Translations under genes and position numbers: made by a program | From: the human T2T-CHM13v2.0 reference genome, Homo sapiens | Assembly (NCBI RefSeq): GCF_009914755.1 | Contig: NC_060945.1 | Length of the DNA: 64,000 nt | Reading direction: 5' to 3' (one strand) | Shown: positions 16,629-31,876 of the stretch, in pieces | Numbering within the stretch: position 1 is the stretch's first letter | Layout: each line of letters opens with the position of its first letter | The notes under the pieces: generated by a model | Told to the model about the DNA's origin: nothing | The model's database searches: none | The model's input: the letters and a program-made list of their open reading frames with translations, nothing else

Positions 16629-16820
16629 GAGTGAGTCACTCCAATTTGTTTCCACATTCTGAACAGTCAATAAAGAAATTTATTGCCTCATTAGGCATTT
16701 TGAGTAGATTTCTGGAAACCTGGGTGACGTAAGACAGAAAAGTAACCTCGTAAGATGTTTTAAAAGTGATTGCAGCTGAATTTGTTTTTGAAATTGCAAG
16801 TTGCCTGTTAGACTGGAATG
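16629..16820. promoter_or_regulatory. Candidate enhancer (AP-1, CRE-like and TEAD motif cluster)
   Basis: TGAGTCA 16632-16638, TGACGTAA 16725-16732, TGGAATG (MCAT) 16814-16820 in repeat-poor DNA. Motif evidence only. Confidence 0.3.
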
Positions 16821-18885
16821 GCATCGTGATTTGTTTCAAGAAATGGTGCCAGGCAGTGGGCTGGTTTCAAGGAGAGGAGGAGGAAACTTGTGTTTTCAGC
16901 AAGAACTGAAAAATACTGTAAATACTGGTTCTGAAAAATACTGTAAGATGAGAGAAGTGAGATGATTAGAAGAGGGCAAGGTCTCAGTAATCAGATCAAG
17001 AGTAAGCTTCTTATGAGGAAAAAAAATGAAAGCAATGAAAATTGGAACATTAAACTGAATGGGAAGCAAAAGCCAGCAATGTACCCACTGCATGTTGCAT
17101 CCTAACTTCTGCTTAGCTGATAGTTAGCTCTCTGTTCAAATGTGGACACTTAAAATCCTATGTGTCCCTCAGATCAAGTCATCTCTAATCACTTTGTATC
17201 TAGTTTTGGGCTTCAAAGACTTATTAGTAGCCGAATGAAGGTAGCTACTTTCCCCACACTCTATGCTTGTAATAATCTTGAGGCAACCTGTCTTAACTTC
17301 TTTTAAAATGACTGAAGGTTATACTGGGGGTTGGTTGATAAAGTATTATTATTTTTTGAATGAAGGAATGTTGACTTTGCTCCAAAATGTAAACAACCCA
17401 GGAGGCAAAATTCATAGAACAAATGACTTATTAACAAGTAGAACACAATGGGTTGCTTGCCTAAACTAACTTTCTTTTTATTCTTTTGGCAGGTAAACAC
17501 ATTAATCATAATCAGTCTGATCTGTATTAAAAAATAACTTAATAAATTAATCACAATCAGCCATAGAACAAGTAACTTTCAGGGAATTTTTCAGATACAA
17601 GGAGGTAAAATATTGGTTTCCCAAAATGAATATATATATTCATGTGTGTGTGTGTGTGTATGCATGTGTATACACATGAATGTGACATTCTATTTAAGAG
17701 ATTTGTTTTCATAAAGGAAAAGGAAAAAAAAAGGAATAAAAAGGGAAAATAAAGTTTTAATCAGAATTCTCTTCCTGTTAGTCAAAGACAGATTTATCAG
17801 CACTGTTTCATTCTCTTATTATAAAATATTCTAACTTTAGGAGAGATCTTGAAATGTAAAAAGAAGGAAATATTTTCTCCATCATCCATTCTTTCAAACC
17901 TCTCAACTGATACCTTGCTACTGTTGTTCCATTGAATATCCGGAGAATAAAATTTAAGAGAGAAAAAAATGTGGTGACAGGATACAAAGGGAGAGGCATT
18001 GGGAGAAGAAACCTAGTACTCATCTCATCTTTGCAAATCTCTCTAGAAAGTGTCTTCATCTGCAAAATGTGGGGTTTGAACTGGATGACTTTAGATTGCC
18101 CTTGAATTTTAAGGGCAATGATGAGTCTAACTTGGTAGCCTGGAGGAGATTAAAATCTACTTAAAACGTTAGAGAAAAAGTTAAGAGCGGCAAAATGGTG
18201 CTGTGTTTCATTACTCCCTTTTTAATTAACATTATAAAAGTTCCAGATCTGAGATCCTGCCAAATTTAAAGTTCTACTTTTTGACCTATCCAGACATAGC
18301 TCAGAGATATTGTGGGTTTGGTTCCAGACCACTGCAATTAAACAAGTCACATAAATGCTATGTTTACACTATACTGTAGTCTATTGGGTGTGCAACAGCA
18401 TTATGTCTAAACAAAATATATATTTTAATTTTAAAATACTTTATTGTTAAAAAATGCTAATGATCAACTCAGCCTGCAATGAGTTGTAATTTTTTGTTAG
18501 TGTAAGGTCTTGCCTCCCTGTTGATGGCTGCTGACTGATCAGGGTGGTGGTTGCTGGAGGATGGGGTGGCTGTGGCAATTTCCTAATATAAGACAGCAAC
18601 AAACTTTGCAGCATCAACCAACTCTTCCTTTCACAGATTTCTCTATGGCACGCAGTGCTGTTCGGTAGTGTTTTACTCACTGCAGAATTTCTTTCAAAAA
18701 TGGAGTGAGTTCTCTGAAACACTGCCACTGCTTTACCCACTACGTCTATGGAATGTTCTAAATCCTCTGTTGTCATTTCAACCATGTTCACAGTATCTTC
18801 ACCAGGGATAGATTCCATCTCAAGAAACATTTTCCTTTGCTCATTCATAAGATGCAACTCCGTAGGTGTTCTTATACTATCATGA

Positions 18886-19282
<397 letters not shown>

Positions 19283-20254
19283 TCCTCCCTGAAGTCTTGA
19301 ACGCCTCCAAGTCATCCATGAGGGTTGGAATCAACTTCTTCCAAACTCTTGTTAATGTTGATATTTTGATCTTCTCCCATGAGTCGTATATGCTTTAATA
19401 GCATCTAGAATGGTGAATCTTTCCCAGAAGATTTTTAATTTACTTTGCCCAGATACATCAGAGGAATCACTATATATGGCAACTACAGCATTATAAAATA
19501 TATTTCTTAAATACTGGGCTGCAGAATGGATGTTGTGTTAGCAGACATGAAAATAACATTAATTTCCTCATACATCTCCATCAGAGCTCTTGGGTGACCA
19601 GTACATTATCAATGAGCAGTAATATTTTGAAAGGAATATTTTGTGTGTGTGTGAGCAGTAGGTCTCAACAGTGGGCTTAACATATTCAGTAAACCGTGCT
19701 CTAAACAGATGTGCTGTCATTCAGATTTTGTTGTTCCATGTATAGAGCATAGGGAGGATAGATTTAGCATGGTTCTTAATGACCCCAAGACTTTTCGGAA
19801 CGGTCAATGAGCATTAGCTTCAACTTAAAATCACCAGCTGCAATAGCCCCTACCAAGTAAGTCAGCCTGTCCTCTGAGGCTTTGAAGCCAGGCATTGACT
19901 TCTCTCTAGCTATGAAATTCCTAGATGACATCTTCTCCCAGTAGAAGGCTATTTCATTTATACTGAAAATCTATTGTTTAAGAAAACCGCATTCACCAAT
20001 GATCTTTTGAATAACTTACTTCAGCTTCTCCATCAGCACTTGCTGCTTCATATTGCATTTCTATCTTACAACGATGGCTTCTTTCCTTAAACCTTATGAA
20101 CCAGCCTCAGCTAGCTTTAAACTTTTTTTCCTGCAGCTTCCTCGCCTCTCTCAGCCTTAATGAAATTGAAGAGTTAGGGCCTTGCTCTAGATTAGACTTT
20201 GGGTTAAGGGAATGTTGTGTTGTTCCTGGTTTGAACGTCTATCCAGACTACTAA

Positions 20255-20646
<392 letters not shown>

Positions 20647-20878
20647 AAGGCTGTTTCTTAGCATTTGTATATTCACTGGAATAGCACTTTTAATTTCCTT
20701 GAAGAACTTTTCTTTGCATTCAAAACTTTCCTCTTTGGCACAAGAGGCCTAGCTTTTAGCCTGTTTTGGCTTTTGACATGCTTTCCTTGCTAAGCTTAGT
20801 CACGTCTAGCTCTTGATTTAAAGTGAGAGACGTGTTAACTCTTTCTTTCACTTAAACACTCAGAGGCCATTGTAGGGT

Positions 20879-21189
20879 ATTCATTTATTTTTGAGATGGA
20901 GTTTCACTCTTTCGCCCAGCCTGGAGTGAAGTGTTGCCATCTCGGCTCACTGCAACCTCTGCCCCCCGGGTTCAAGCAATTCTCCTGCCTCAGCCTCTTG
21001 AGTAGCTGGGATTACAGGCACGTGCCACTATACCCAGCTATTTTATTTTATTTTATTTTTTTGTATTTTTAGTAGAGACAGGGTTTCACCATGCTGGCCA
21101 AGCTGGTGTCGAACTTCCGATCTCAGGCAACCCACCCTCCTTGGCCTCCCAAAGTGCTAGGATTACAGGCGTGAGCCACCACACCTGGA
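20879..21189 (-). mobile_element. Alu (AluSq/Sx-like)
   Basis: TSD ccattgtagggt at 20867-20878 and 21190-21201. Confidence 0.95.
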
Positions 21190-21925
21190 CCATTGTAGGG
21201 TTTTTAATTGGCATCATTGTAATATTATTATGTCTCAGGGAATAGAACAGCCTGAGGAGTGGGCAAAATTTGGAGAAACCATCGGTCAGCATAAAAGTCA
21301 GAACACACACAACATTTATTAAGTTATCTGTTTTATATGAGTGGTTTGCGGTGCCCCCAAACAATTACAATAGTAACGTCAAAGACCACTGATCACAGAT
21401 CAGCACAACCGATATAATGAAGAAAGTTTGAAATATTGAGAAAAATACCAAAATGTGTCGCGGAGACACAAAGTGAGCACATGCTGTTGGAAAAACAGTG
21501 CTGATGATAGGCTTGCTTGACACAGGGTTGCTACGGACTTTCAATCTGTAAACAATTTAATACCTGTGAAGGTCAGTAAGTGAAGTTCACTAAAATGAGT
21601 TATGCCTGTGTATTTTTCCACACGTTAATTATTGCTTTTTGAGAAAGCATAAGGTGTTATCTTTTAATGATTATTTATTGATTATGATGTTTACTGAGGC
21701 TCTTGTGGATGGTTCGGTTCAACAAGTATTTGATTCATGGCTACTATGTGTTGAGAAGTGAGCATGGGAATAGAAAGTAACTCTCCCGCCCCAAATCAAA
21801 ATGACAAATAGTCCTAGGTTTAGGGAGTTTAGAATATGCCTGGTATATAATAGGTACTCAGCATACATTGTTCAATGATTGAATAAATGCACTAAGGGAA
21901 ACAATTAGAGTATAATATCTATGCT

Positions 21926-22314
21926 TAAGTATATATATATATTATCTATATATCTCTCTATATAAACATTTATATCCAGATATTAAAATGCCAATACTTT
22001 CTAAATATTTCCATGACCCCCCCAAGCAAATCTTTGCCTACTCCTCTATCTATCTGTATAGAGATCTCTATCTATATAGAGAGATATGTAGATAATATAT
22101 ATACTTATTTGTTACATCTATCTATATATAATATAGATAATAAATCTATATATAATATAATCTATATATGATATGTAATATATCATATATAGATATATAA
22201 TAAATATATTATCTACATATCTCTCTATATAAATACATAGTTATGAAGAGAAGTAGGCAAAGATTTGCTTGGGGAGTCATGGAAATATTTAGAAAATATT
22301 GACCTTTTAATATC
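21926..22314. repeat. AT-rich nested inverted repeat (palindrome)
   Basis: Outer arms 21979-22047 and 22247-22314; perfect 28-bp inner arms 22073-22100 and 22204-22231. Confidence 0.92.
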
Positions 22315-23329
22315 CAGAAGTTAGAATACATATATTTACAGTAAAGATGGCAAGGAAGCATATTAGTTGATGTATTTTAAGAATGGGACAGATCTACCAG
22401 AAAAAATTAGAAAGAACAAAAGTTAATTGAGGAATATAATCAATAAACTGGATTTTTTGGGTATGTATATATGTAACACATGTGTAATAATTTTACACAT
22501 ATGTAGAGAAAACTTCATACTCTCCAAATACTGCATATTCATCTTTTCTCTGTGTTCATAAAATATACATATTTATTGAAGAACAAAAAAATAAAAAAAC
22601 AAAGAAAGTATTAACATTTGAGTTGGCATTCCAACAACAAATCAGATTTTAAACATTCATTTTAATCAGAGAAAGCATTCTAGTTTACAGCATGTTTGGG
22701 AACAATTAACATGTATATAATGAGGAGTGGTCACAGATCACAGGAAGTGAGGCTGGAAAGGTGGCTGGGGCAAAATTGCCAAGACTTTTTAATTCCAGGT
22801 GAAGTGGTTTAAACTTCATGCTATGAATAGTTAAAACTCCATACTATAAATAATGGCATTTTGTGTGTCAAGAACAGAGTGAAATGACCCAGGTTTGTTT
22901 TTGTGACTCCTGATCCTTTTAGTGTGCCCAGCCTGTCCGGATTAAACTTTTAAAGAACTCATTGACCTATGCTCTAGCAATCTAATGGAGCCAGTCTTTA
23001 ACTTCTAAAGTAATGTACTTTCTGTTAGTAATTTATGATATTTAAACTATGGAACTGAACATATTGAGTAGGGCTTTTCAAATGGTACATCATCCTTCAA
23101 ATTTCTGAAAATTCTGTTGTCTTCCTTCTCTCCCTAGTCCCTCCCATCCCCTCATGCCTTTCTACCTCTGCATTTTTTAGGCTTGGAACATATTAAATGG
23201 ACGCAGGTGTTGTTCCCACTTTAACACAAACCTTAGAGGCACAAAATAATAACCAATTTTATAAACAAAAATAAAGAAAATAATAATACCAAGAGCCAGG
23301 AAACAATAACAATGCAATGTAAGCTCTCG

Positions 23330-23515
23330 ATCCAGATGGCTGAGGTTCAAATCTTGGTTTTGCCACTGATTGGCTATGACCTTGACCAATTTACTTAAAC
23401 TCCCTGCAGCTAGATTTTGAGGAATAATGTTACCTTCTCTCCTAGCAATGTTGGAGGAATAAAAGAGTTAATAGAGATTATGGCCTGATGTATAGTAGGT
23501 GGTGCATAAATATAG
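23330..23515 (+). mobile_element. MIR
   Basis: 'ggttcaaatcttggttttgccact…ctatgaccttgaccaatttacttaa'. Confidence 0.7.
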
Positions 23516-25889
23516 TAGACGTCATTGTTGTTATCGTATAGCAGGGGAAGTTGGTATAATTTTTGTTTGTCCCTTATGTTGTTTTCTGACCTGGAAAGGA
23601 GTAACGCTGCTCCTTTTAGGAACAACCTTAGTCCTCACTTCATACATAAATCACATGTTCTTCTCTTTGCCAACACCTATATTTTGATAAGACTCAATAT
23701 CTGAAGCTAAAAACACATTCAAATCTCCTTATGTTACTACTTCTTGTTCTAACCAAACACCAACATTAGTACTTATTCTATTTTCTTGTCCTGTCTATTC
23801 ATACAATAGTGGCTTTTCTCTGTATCTGCTTTCTGCTTGTATATTGAGTCAAGGACTTTTTCCTCGAAGGCCTGTTTTGTGTGTAGCAGTTCAAGGACTA
23901 TCAAGTCAGTCCTTTATCTCAACATACTCCACAATTTGAAAAAATAAATCTCATTTTTATTAGTGTGATTTTATAATTTTTTTATAAGACTTTGTTAAAC
24001 TTTATGAATCTTCTCTAGATTTCTTTATGGTTTACATTTCCTTGTAACTTGTGAAGACCAGATGGAGGTTCAGTTAAGTTAGGGGGATTGGAGCATTGCT
24101 TAGAACATCAAGTCCCAGACTGGGCCAAGAGTTCTGAAAACAAGCTGGCTTTCTGCTTAACCAAATGAGTCATTTGGGAAGCCATTGCCTCCTTTGCTAA
24201 AGACACTTTCTTCATCATCAACTTTGATTGTGGTTTCTTTTCAGACCTATTTTGACTATAAAATAAATCTGAAAAATGCTTTAGACAGAATATCACTGCA
24301 AAATGTAAGCTATTCTTCACATTAGACTAAATTTAACAATGATCCTGAATTTAAAAACCAGAGTTAAAAATGACAAAAAAAACTGTGATGGATTTATTAT
24401 TGACATTACTGAATTGACATGGTCAGTTAGGATTAAAATATTATGAGTAATATGAATGTTACGTTATTTAAAATAAAGAGATATTAAGAGACTATTTGTT
24501 TTTATCATTTTATGAGAATAGCTAGTAGCTTCCCCTCTACCCCTTCTTCAATAAAACTAAGCAGTTCAGGACATCTTGTATTAATGCAAGAAAGTTAGAT
24601 TAATATTAATGATAATATAGTGTTTTCATGTTGTAGTTGTTCATCTGAACTGAGCCTTCAGTATTCTTTAATTTTACTCAGTGAAAATAAACTTTGTTTA
24701 TCTCAGCTCTTTAAAAATAAATGGCATTGCAGGATTGGGTAGAACCCTGGGCACTTTGTTTGGTCTTATATTACTCTGAATACCAAAATTATTTTTTTTC
24801 AAGCTAGTTAAATCATCATTTGAAACAGAGCTGCAAGACTAACATATGGACTACAGGAGAGTAATAGATGTGTCATATACCAAAAACAGAAAGATCCATT
24901 ACCCTAAATGTGAAATTGTGAGAGGGAAGGAGAATACACAAAGTAGGATGTCTGGAAGCCTTTTTTAGACTGTATTACCATCCATCTAGAAAAATGTTAT
25001 AGGTAAATAAAATATGTTCTTACTGAATAATAAGTATAATATGCGCAATTTATCCTCATTACAAAGAGATTTTATTGTGTGTGAAGAATTCCACAGAGAG
25101 CCATTACAGATCCATTATAGTGTTTTTAGTGATCTGCTCTACTTCCCAAACCGTGGTTGTTTTATGCAGTATCAGATGTATAATGTGCATTTCTATTTTT
25201 TTCCTGCTCCAAACTCGCTATGCTTACAAATAATTAGGCAGGAGGGGTTTTGTTGCCTTGTTGGCCACTTCTTAAAAGCATAGTATAATTTATTGGAACA
25301 AAATATAGTAATGCACTTTAAGGAAAGTTCTCTTATGTAAAAGCTCAATCTCAAATTGAATGAAGGGTAAATTTTTATTCGCAAGAATTGACACATTTCC
25401 AATAGGAAAGGCTTCATAGTTGCAGTATTTTATTATGATAATTGAATTTTATAAGAATAGCACCATTTACTTCTATGAAAATTTATTCTCCTTGTTCTGC
25501 TCCAGAGCTTTATTAGCTTCCCAGTATTTCCCCACTCTTCCACCTGGAATTCATGGGCCAGGCCCCAACTTACATTGTTACTTCTTTTATATATAATTAC
25601 TTTTGCACATAAGCATTTTCTTCCACTCAGCCTCCATCTTTTCAAGAATATGTGTGTTCCTTCACTTCTTGGATTCACGCTTTTACTTTCTCTACTTTTC
25701 CTACTGCTCCAATTTTTTTTCTTGTTCTAAAGGTCTTCAAAATTTTTCCCATCTCTATAACGCTATTTGTGGATGTGTGGGTCTTTTTCTTTCAAATAAG
25801 GTACACATCTGCTGTGCTGAACTGCTCATCTATCTGTAGAGCAGAAAGGGAGGGTACACCTGTTGAATGTCCAGAGTTCTCCATGGATT

Positions 25890-26075
25890 TTTCTAGGTCT
25901 TCTACGTTATGTACCTCATTTAATTCTCTTAACAACCAGGCAATGAAGAACTAGCATGCCTGTTTCATGGGCGAAAAAACTGAGGCTTAGTGAGTCCAAG
26001 CAGCTTCTCCCAAGTTTCTTTGGTAGAAAGCAAAAGAGGATAGATTCAAATCCGTCTTTTTCACCAAACCTGTGT
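25890..26075 (-). mobile_element. MIR
   Basis: 'ctcatttaattctcttaacaacc…aaactgaggcttagtgag'. Confidence 0.7.
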
Positions 26076-28987
26076 TTGTTTGTTTTTTAGCTTTCCCTAT
26101 GTGTGTGTCTATTTCATTTTCCCATCTCCTGATGGCAAGGACTCTATCATGGGCAATTTTATCTTTTAGGTAGCCGTCACATATCTCAATTCTGCATTTA
26201 CCTCCTTGTGTAGCTCAGGTGCCACATTTTCCTTCACAGTGTTTTTCCGATTTTTACTTATTAAAATGATTTGCATATTCATAAGTAGAAATGGTATATT
26301 TTTCCTTGTTAGCAAAAAAAAAAAAGAAAAGAAAAGAAAATAGTCATGTGACTAATGAAAACTCTTTCAAGTTGGTCTATAGTTTCAAGTTGGTCAAGAA
26401 CATAAAAGAACATAAAAGAGTTTTTTATGTTTTCCAAGTTTGATTTCTATCAACTTTATATTCTGTGTGTGGTTGATAATATTTCTCAGTTTATACAGCT
26501 TTGTGTTCTCTTAAAGAATAATACCCACTTTTCATAGACTATTTAAATCTTCATTGGGAAAAAATATCAAAATTTATAAATTATATGAATATATTTAATT
26601 AGCACATGTGCCCCAAAACTATGTACATCTATTATACAGCAATTTTAAAATTTTAAATAAAAGGTAAATGTAAAAAAAGTACATGAACTTTGAACCAAAT
26701 TTAGACATGCTTAATAAAGCCTATGTTTATCACTTTGAATTTGGTATTATTTATTTATTATTATTATTTATTACTTTGAATTTGGTATTATTTAAAAAGG
26801 AATCCAGTTTTTAAAACTTTAAATGAAATAACATGTCTGAAGAGAGTTTCTAGATGCAGCTTACTCATCTATATAGGGAGCAAATTACAAATAAAGTCTT
26901 TAAAGAACCCATAAATGTTGAGATAACGTGGAATTACTGATAAGCAACTCAAAAGCTGCTCCTTAATATTGTTCACCTATTTATCACCTTATTCTAAGCC
27001 AAACTCCTAAACAACTGAAAAAGAAAGCTTAGATAATTGGATAATATTTCTTCACAAAGTCAGCTTAAATTTCTGTCTAAATGCATTATAATACATGAAG
27101 AAGGCTTTTAATATTACTTATGCTAAAGGAAAAAATATGCTGGTTCTTTTGTCAACCTTCTTTTGTACTAATTGTGTAAGTTTGAAGCGAGGGCTGTAGG
27201 AAATTAAAACAGAAAATAGAAGTCCTGATTGTGGGGCCTGTTGAATTTGCAGTGTAACACAGGAGATAAGGCATCAGTTTAAACAAACATAGACACACAC
27301 ATATAACATCTCAAGATCGCATAATACAGCCGCCAAGATGGGGTCACAGATGAGTTCAGTAAATAAAGAATGTCATGGACTAGTATGGTCAGAGAAATTG
27401 TTACCAAGGAGGTGCAATTTGAAAGGACACTTCAAAGAGGGGCAGGATTTTGTTAGTTGGAAAGCAGGTGACACAGCAATTTGGGCAGGAAGGAAATCAA
27501 GTTGCAGAAGTTGCTTAGGGAAAGTAGGTTTGAAGGAAACATCAGAACAACTAAAATAGAAGCTTTGCTCAAATAACAAAGTCTCGTTTTATTTTTATCT
27601 GTTTTTTTTTACTTTACCTCTATCAGTTTGTCACTCTTTTCAGGCTAGTACAAACTGTCATGTTTTAAAATCTCTGTACTTTTATTAGTTGTAGGATGTA
27701 AGCTTTGAAATAAGCTTTGCAACTGTGGAGATTAGTGTCCCATTCCTTTAAGGGTCTGGCCAACCTAGGGGATCCACAGATATTAGCTGCTAGGTGGTCG
27801 ATCACCTTGAAACACCATCCTGTTATGCTGTGTCCTAATAGCTTGAGAAGCTGAACCAGAAGTATGCAGTTCACTTCTACACATTCTGCAGCTCTTCCTG
27901 AACAACTTCATTTTTCATCTATTTCACGATGAACAGAAATATTCTCAGAAATTCTTTTTTTCTTTTAGCTACCAAGATTTGGGCCTGCTTTTTTATTGGT
28001 TATTTCGTGAGGGTAATGGGGCATTTGACCATTCTAATCCGCTTTTCTGAGAACCAGCACATTCTGAAAATTGTCTGAGCCCTCTCTCCTTTGACTATCA
28101 ATAAGGATCACTTTTAGATAAGTCGAAGAAGAGGCCAGACTGAAACAGGAACCTGTGAGGCTCCCTGTTGCATGTTTTTAATTCACACACCCACATGGCT
28201 ACATCCAACAGAGGTGACCTGAATTTTACTCCTTTGATGTTGCATACCATAAATTCCCATAGCAGGTTTGCAACAAAGGGGGTATTTTAAAGCTTTTTTC
28301 TAACATCGCCTTAGCAGATACTGACTGATCCTTTCCCAGGAACTGAGAGGGTCCCACCCATGCTCCTGATTTTAGAATCATAAACATCAGTAGGACCAAG
28401 ATGCTTTTAGAGGGATAAAGTGACTTTAATTTATCTTGGGTGGTCAAAACACAGCATGTGCAATATTTTTACAAACTATGATTCAGAAAGCACATAGTTC
28501 TAGAGCGTTTTGTTTTTTGTTATGTTGGTGTCACTGGAAACAGTTGTGCTTCCTGATGTCTTACTGAGATGGCCTTTTTGGTCATTTTGGGCCACTTTCC
28601 CAAGGATACTGCATGTTGCCTGACCTGTATTCCTGAGGAAATAAGGAGGACTTAGATTGATCTGTTTTGGACAGCGTACTTTCTCTAAGAATGGCGAAAG
28701 GAAAAACATCAGACTAGGATGCTCTCCAGAAATAATAACTGAGAATCTCATCCTGTTGTGTAAACTCTCCTTGTACTTTGCTCTGTGTGTGTTTGGTGGA
28801 AATATTATTTTTAAACAGCCATTTACTCTGAAAAAATATGATTTTGCATTAAATTAGTTTTAAAGTTAAGGGATATATATAAGACCTTTTTATTAACAAG
28901 TTGATGAGATGAGCATTAGTATACCTATAGGAAGTTTTTGAATGAGTGCCAATTCTGAATTTACAAATCAACATTTCTTCTCTCCAG

Positions 28988-29084
28988 CTTTCTTTAGCTT
29001 GCCCATGGTGATGTGAAGATGAGAAGAAATAGCAAGGCCCAACCAGTTCTTCATCTGGAGACAGTTCAACGTTCTGCAAACCAG
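28988..29084 (+). other. Candidate internal exon (97 nt, or 87 nt from a second AG)
   Basis: Acceptor tttcttctctccAG (28986-28987), alternative AG at 28996-28997, donor CAG|GTAAAA. Body is purine-rich and more GC-rich than its flanks. Confidence 0.5.
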
Positions 29085-29806
29085 GTAAAAATAATACAGA
29101 CGATTTTAGGAATGCATAGTCACTTTATAAAATAAACTATTTTCTTTCTCAAGTTTGATCTACAGATTTTTGCAGAAGCTATATTTATCATCTAATGTAT
29201 AACTTGTTAATAAACATGACATTGTATCAATTTCGATTATCTGTGAAGAGCAGAGTGACTAAAGCATGCATTTGTGCATTGACTCATTAATAAAGTTATA
29301 GTTGTAGTATAACTTACTTTTATAAAAATATTTTAAAGAAAAAAGAGGACATGTGGCTATTTGATTTGCTTGTTACAATTCTAAACAAAGTAAAGAGAGG
29401 TATGGGCTAAATAAATTTAATATTTCTTTAAAAAGTAACTTTTACCAAATGAATACATGTGCATATATTTAAAATTCAGGTAAATTTAAAGGCTAGTAAC
29501 TAAAGAAATAAACCTTTTGGCACAACTGCAGGAAAGGAACCACTTTCAAACTCTTTAATTTTTATTTTACTTTTGTGGTTTTAAATAACATCTATAAATC
29601 TATCTCAGGATTTTTAGAGTTAGTGCTCTAACAATTGATTTCTTGTTGCTATAGATGTGGATTTAAACTTCCTTAAGACCTCAAAATTCTTGATTCTCCC
29701 AATATAGCTATATCACTATTTTTATTGTTTTAATTTAAATCTGTATCTGAATTTATAGTTAGTAAGACTATACAAATAATGTTTACTGCTGAGACTGGTG
29801 ATGTGA

Positions 29807-30264
<458 letters not shown>

Positions 30265-30761
30265 TTTATTCTTCTTTTGCTCAGTTTCTCCCTCACCATC
30301 TCCCTATCTCCCTTCTCCCCTCCTTCCTTTTTCCCTCCCTTCCTCCTATTCTTCTTCTTTTTATTTTTTTTCTAGGTCTTCCCGAACCCTCCATTATCTT
30401 TATAAAATGCCTTTCTATTCAATTTTCTACAATGACAAGCTGGTCAAATAATCTAGAAAGGTCCCCTTCCCACTACCCTTGGAGAAATCTCTCCTGCTAC
30501 CCTGGCTCCTTCCAGATAAAAGTAGAAAGAGACAGGAGACTTTTATCTCCTTCCACTTTTACCTTCCACTTTTATCTCTAGTTGCGCTCGAAGGCTTCTT
30601 ATAAAGAGATGTCATTTAGGGTTTTGTTTTTGTTTTTATTTTGGCTGTCGCCCTAGTTTATTCTTCCATTTTATGATGTGGTAGGTGTTTTTTTTGTTGT
30701 TAGTTTTTGTTTTTGTTGTTGTTTTTTGTTTTTTTTCTAGAAATCATGTCCTCTTTTTACT

Positions 30762-30898
30762 TGGCTCTGCCAAAAAGCTTGATTTTACCCCAGTAAAACT
30801 GATGTTAAGTTTCTGGCCTCCAGAACTGTAACGGAAGAAATCTCAGTTGTTTTTAAGTCAGCAAGTTTGTGGGAATTTGTTATACAAGAAAGAAACAC
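30762..30898 (+). mobile_element. MLT1 (C/D-like) LTR 3' fragment
   Basis: 'ttctggcctccagaactgtaa…ttttaagtcagcaagtttgtgggaatttgtta'. Confidence 0.7.
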
Positions 30899-31149
30899 AA
30901 TTTGCATTAGAGTTTCTTTTTCTTCCTCATTCTTTGCAATGATTTTTGGAAGTAGAAAGTTATGGAAAGATTATTTATTTTACCTTCTTGAAATTGGAAT
31001 CCTTTAGTTATCTGATTTAAGATAGTTTTCTTTTTCTTTGCTATAAAGGTTATATCCACCTTCAGAACAATGATGCATTCTCAGTTGTGGAATTTTAATA
31101 GAGTCTTCATTCCTCTCCTCGTCTTAGTACATTATCTCCTGTCATATCA

Positions 31150-31301
31150 TTCTCTCCTCTTCTCCCCTCCCCTCCCCTCCTGTACTCTCCCTGCCCTCCC
31201 TTCCTCTCCCTTTCCCTCCCCTCCACCCCCCTGCCCTCCTCTCCCCTCTCCTCCCCTCGTCTCCCTTCCTATCCCTTCCTCTTTTCTCCTTTTCCTTTCC
31301 C
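31150..31301 (+). repeat. (CCCCT/CTCC)-rich polypyrimidine tract
   Basis: Direct inspection. Confidence 0.9.
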
Positions 31302-31506
31302 AGTAATCCAGCAGTTGCCTACTGAGTGCTAGACGTTGTGACAGGCTTTGGAAATACTGAAACCAATAAAGCAGTTTGATGCCTCCATGAGGTCACCATC
31401 TATTGGTATAGAGGAGGGACAAAAGTAACATTTGTTTCGTGCAAGACATAAAGCCAAAAGCAGAAATAAAATCAACAACTAAAATACTGTACTAAATACA
31501 AAATCA

Positions 31507-31876
<370 letters not shown>

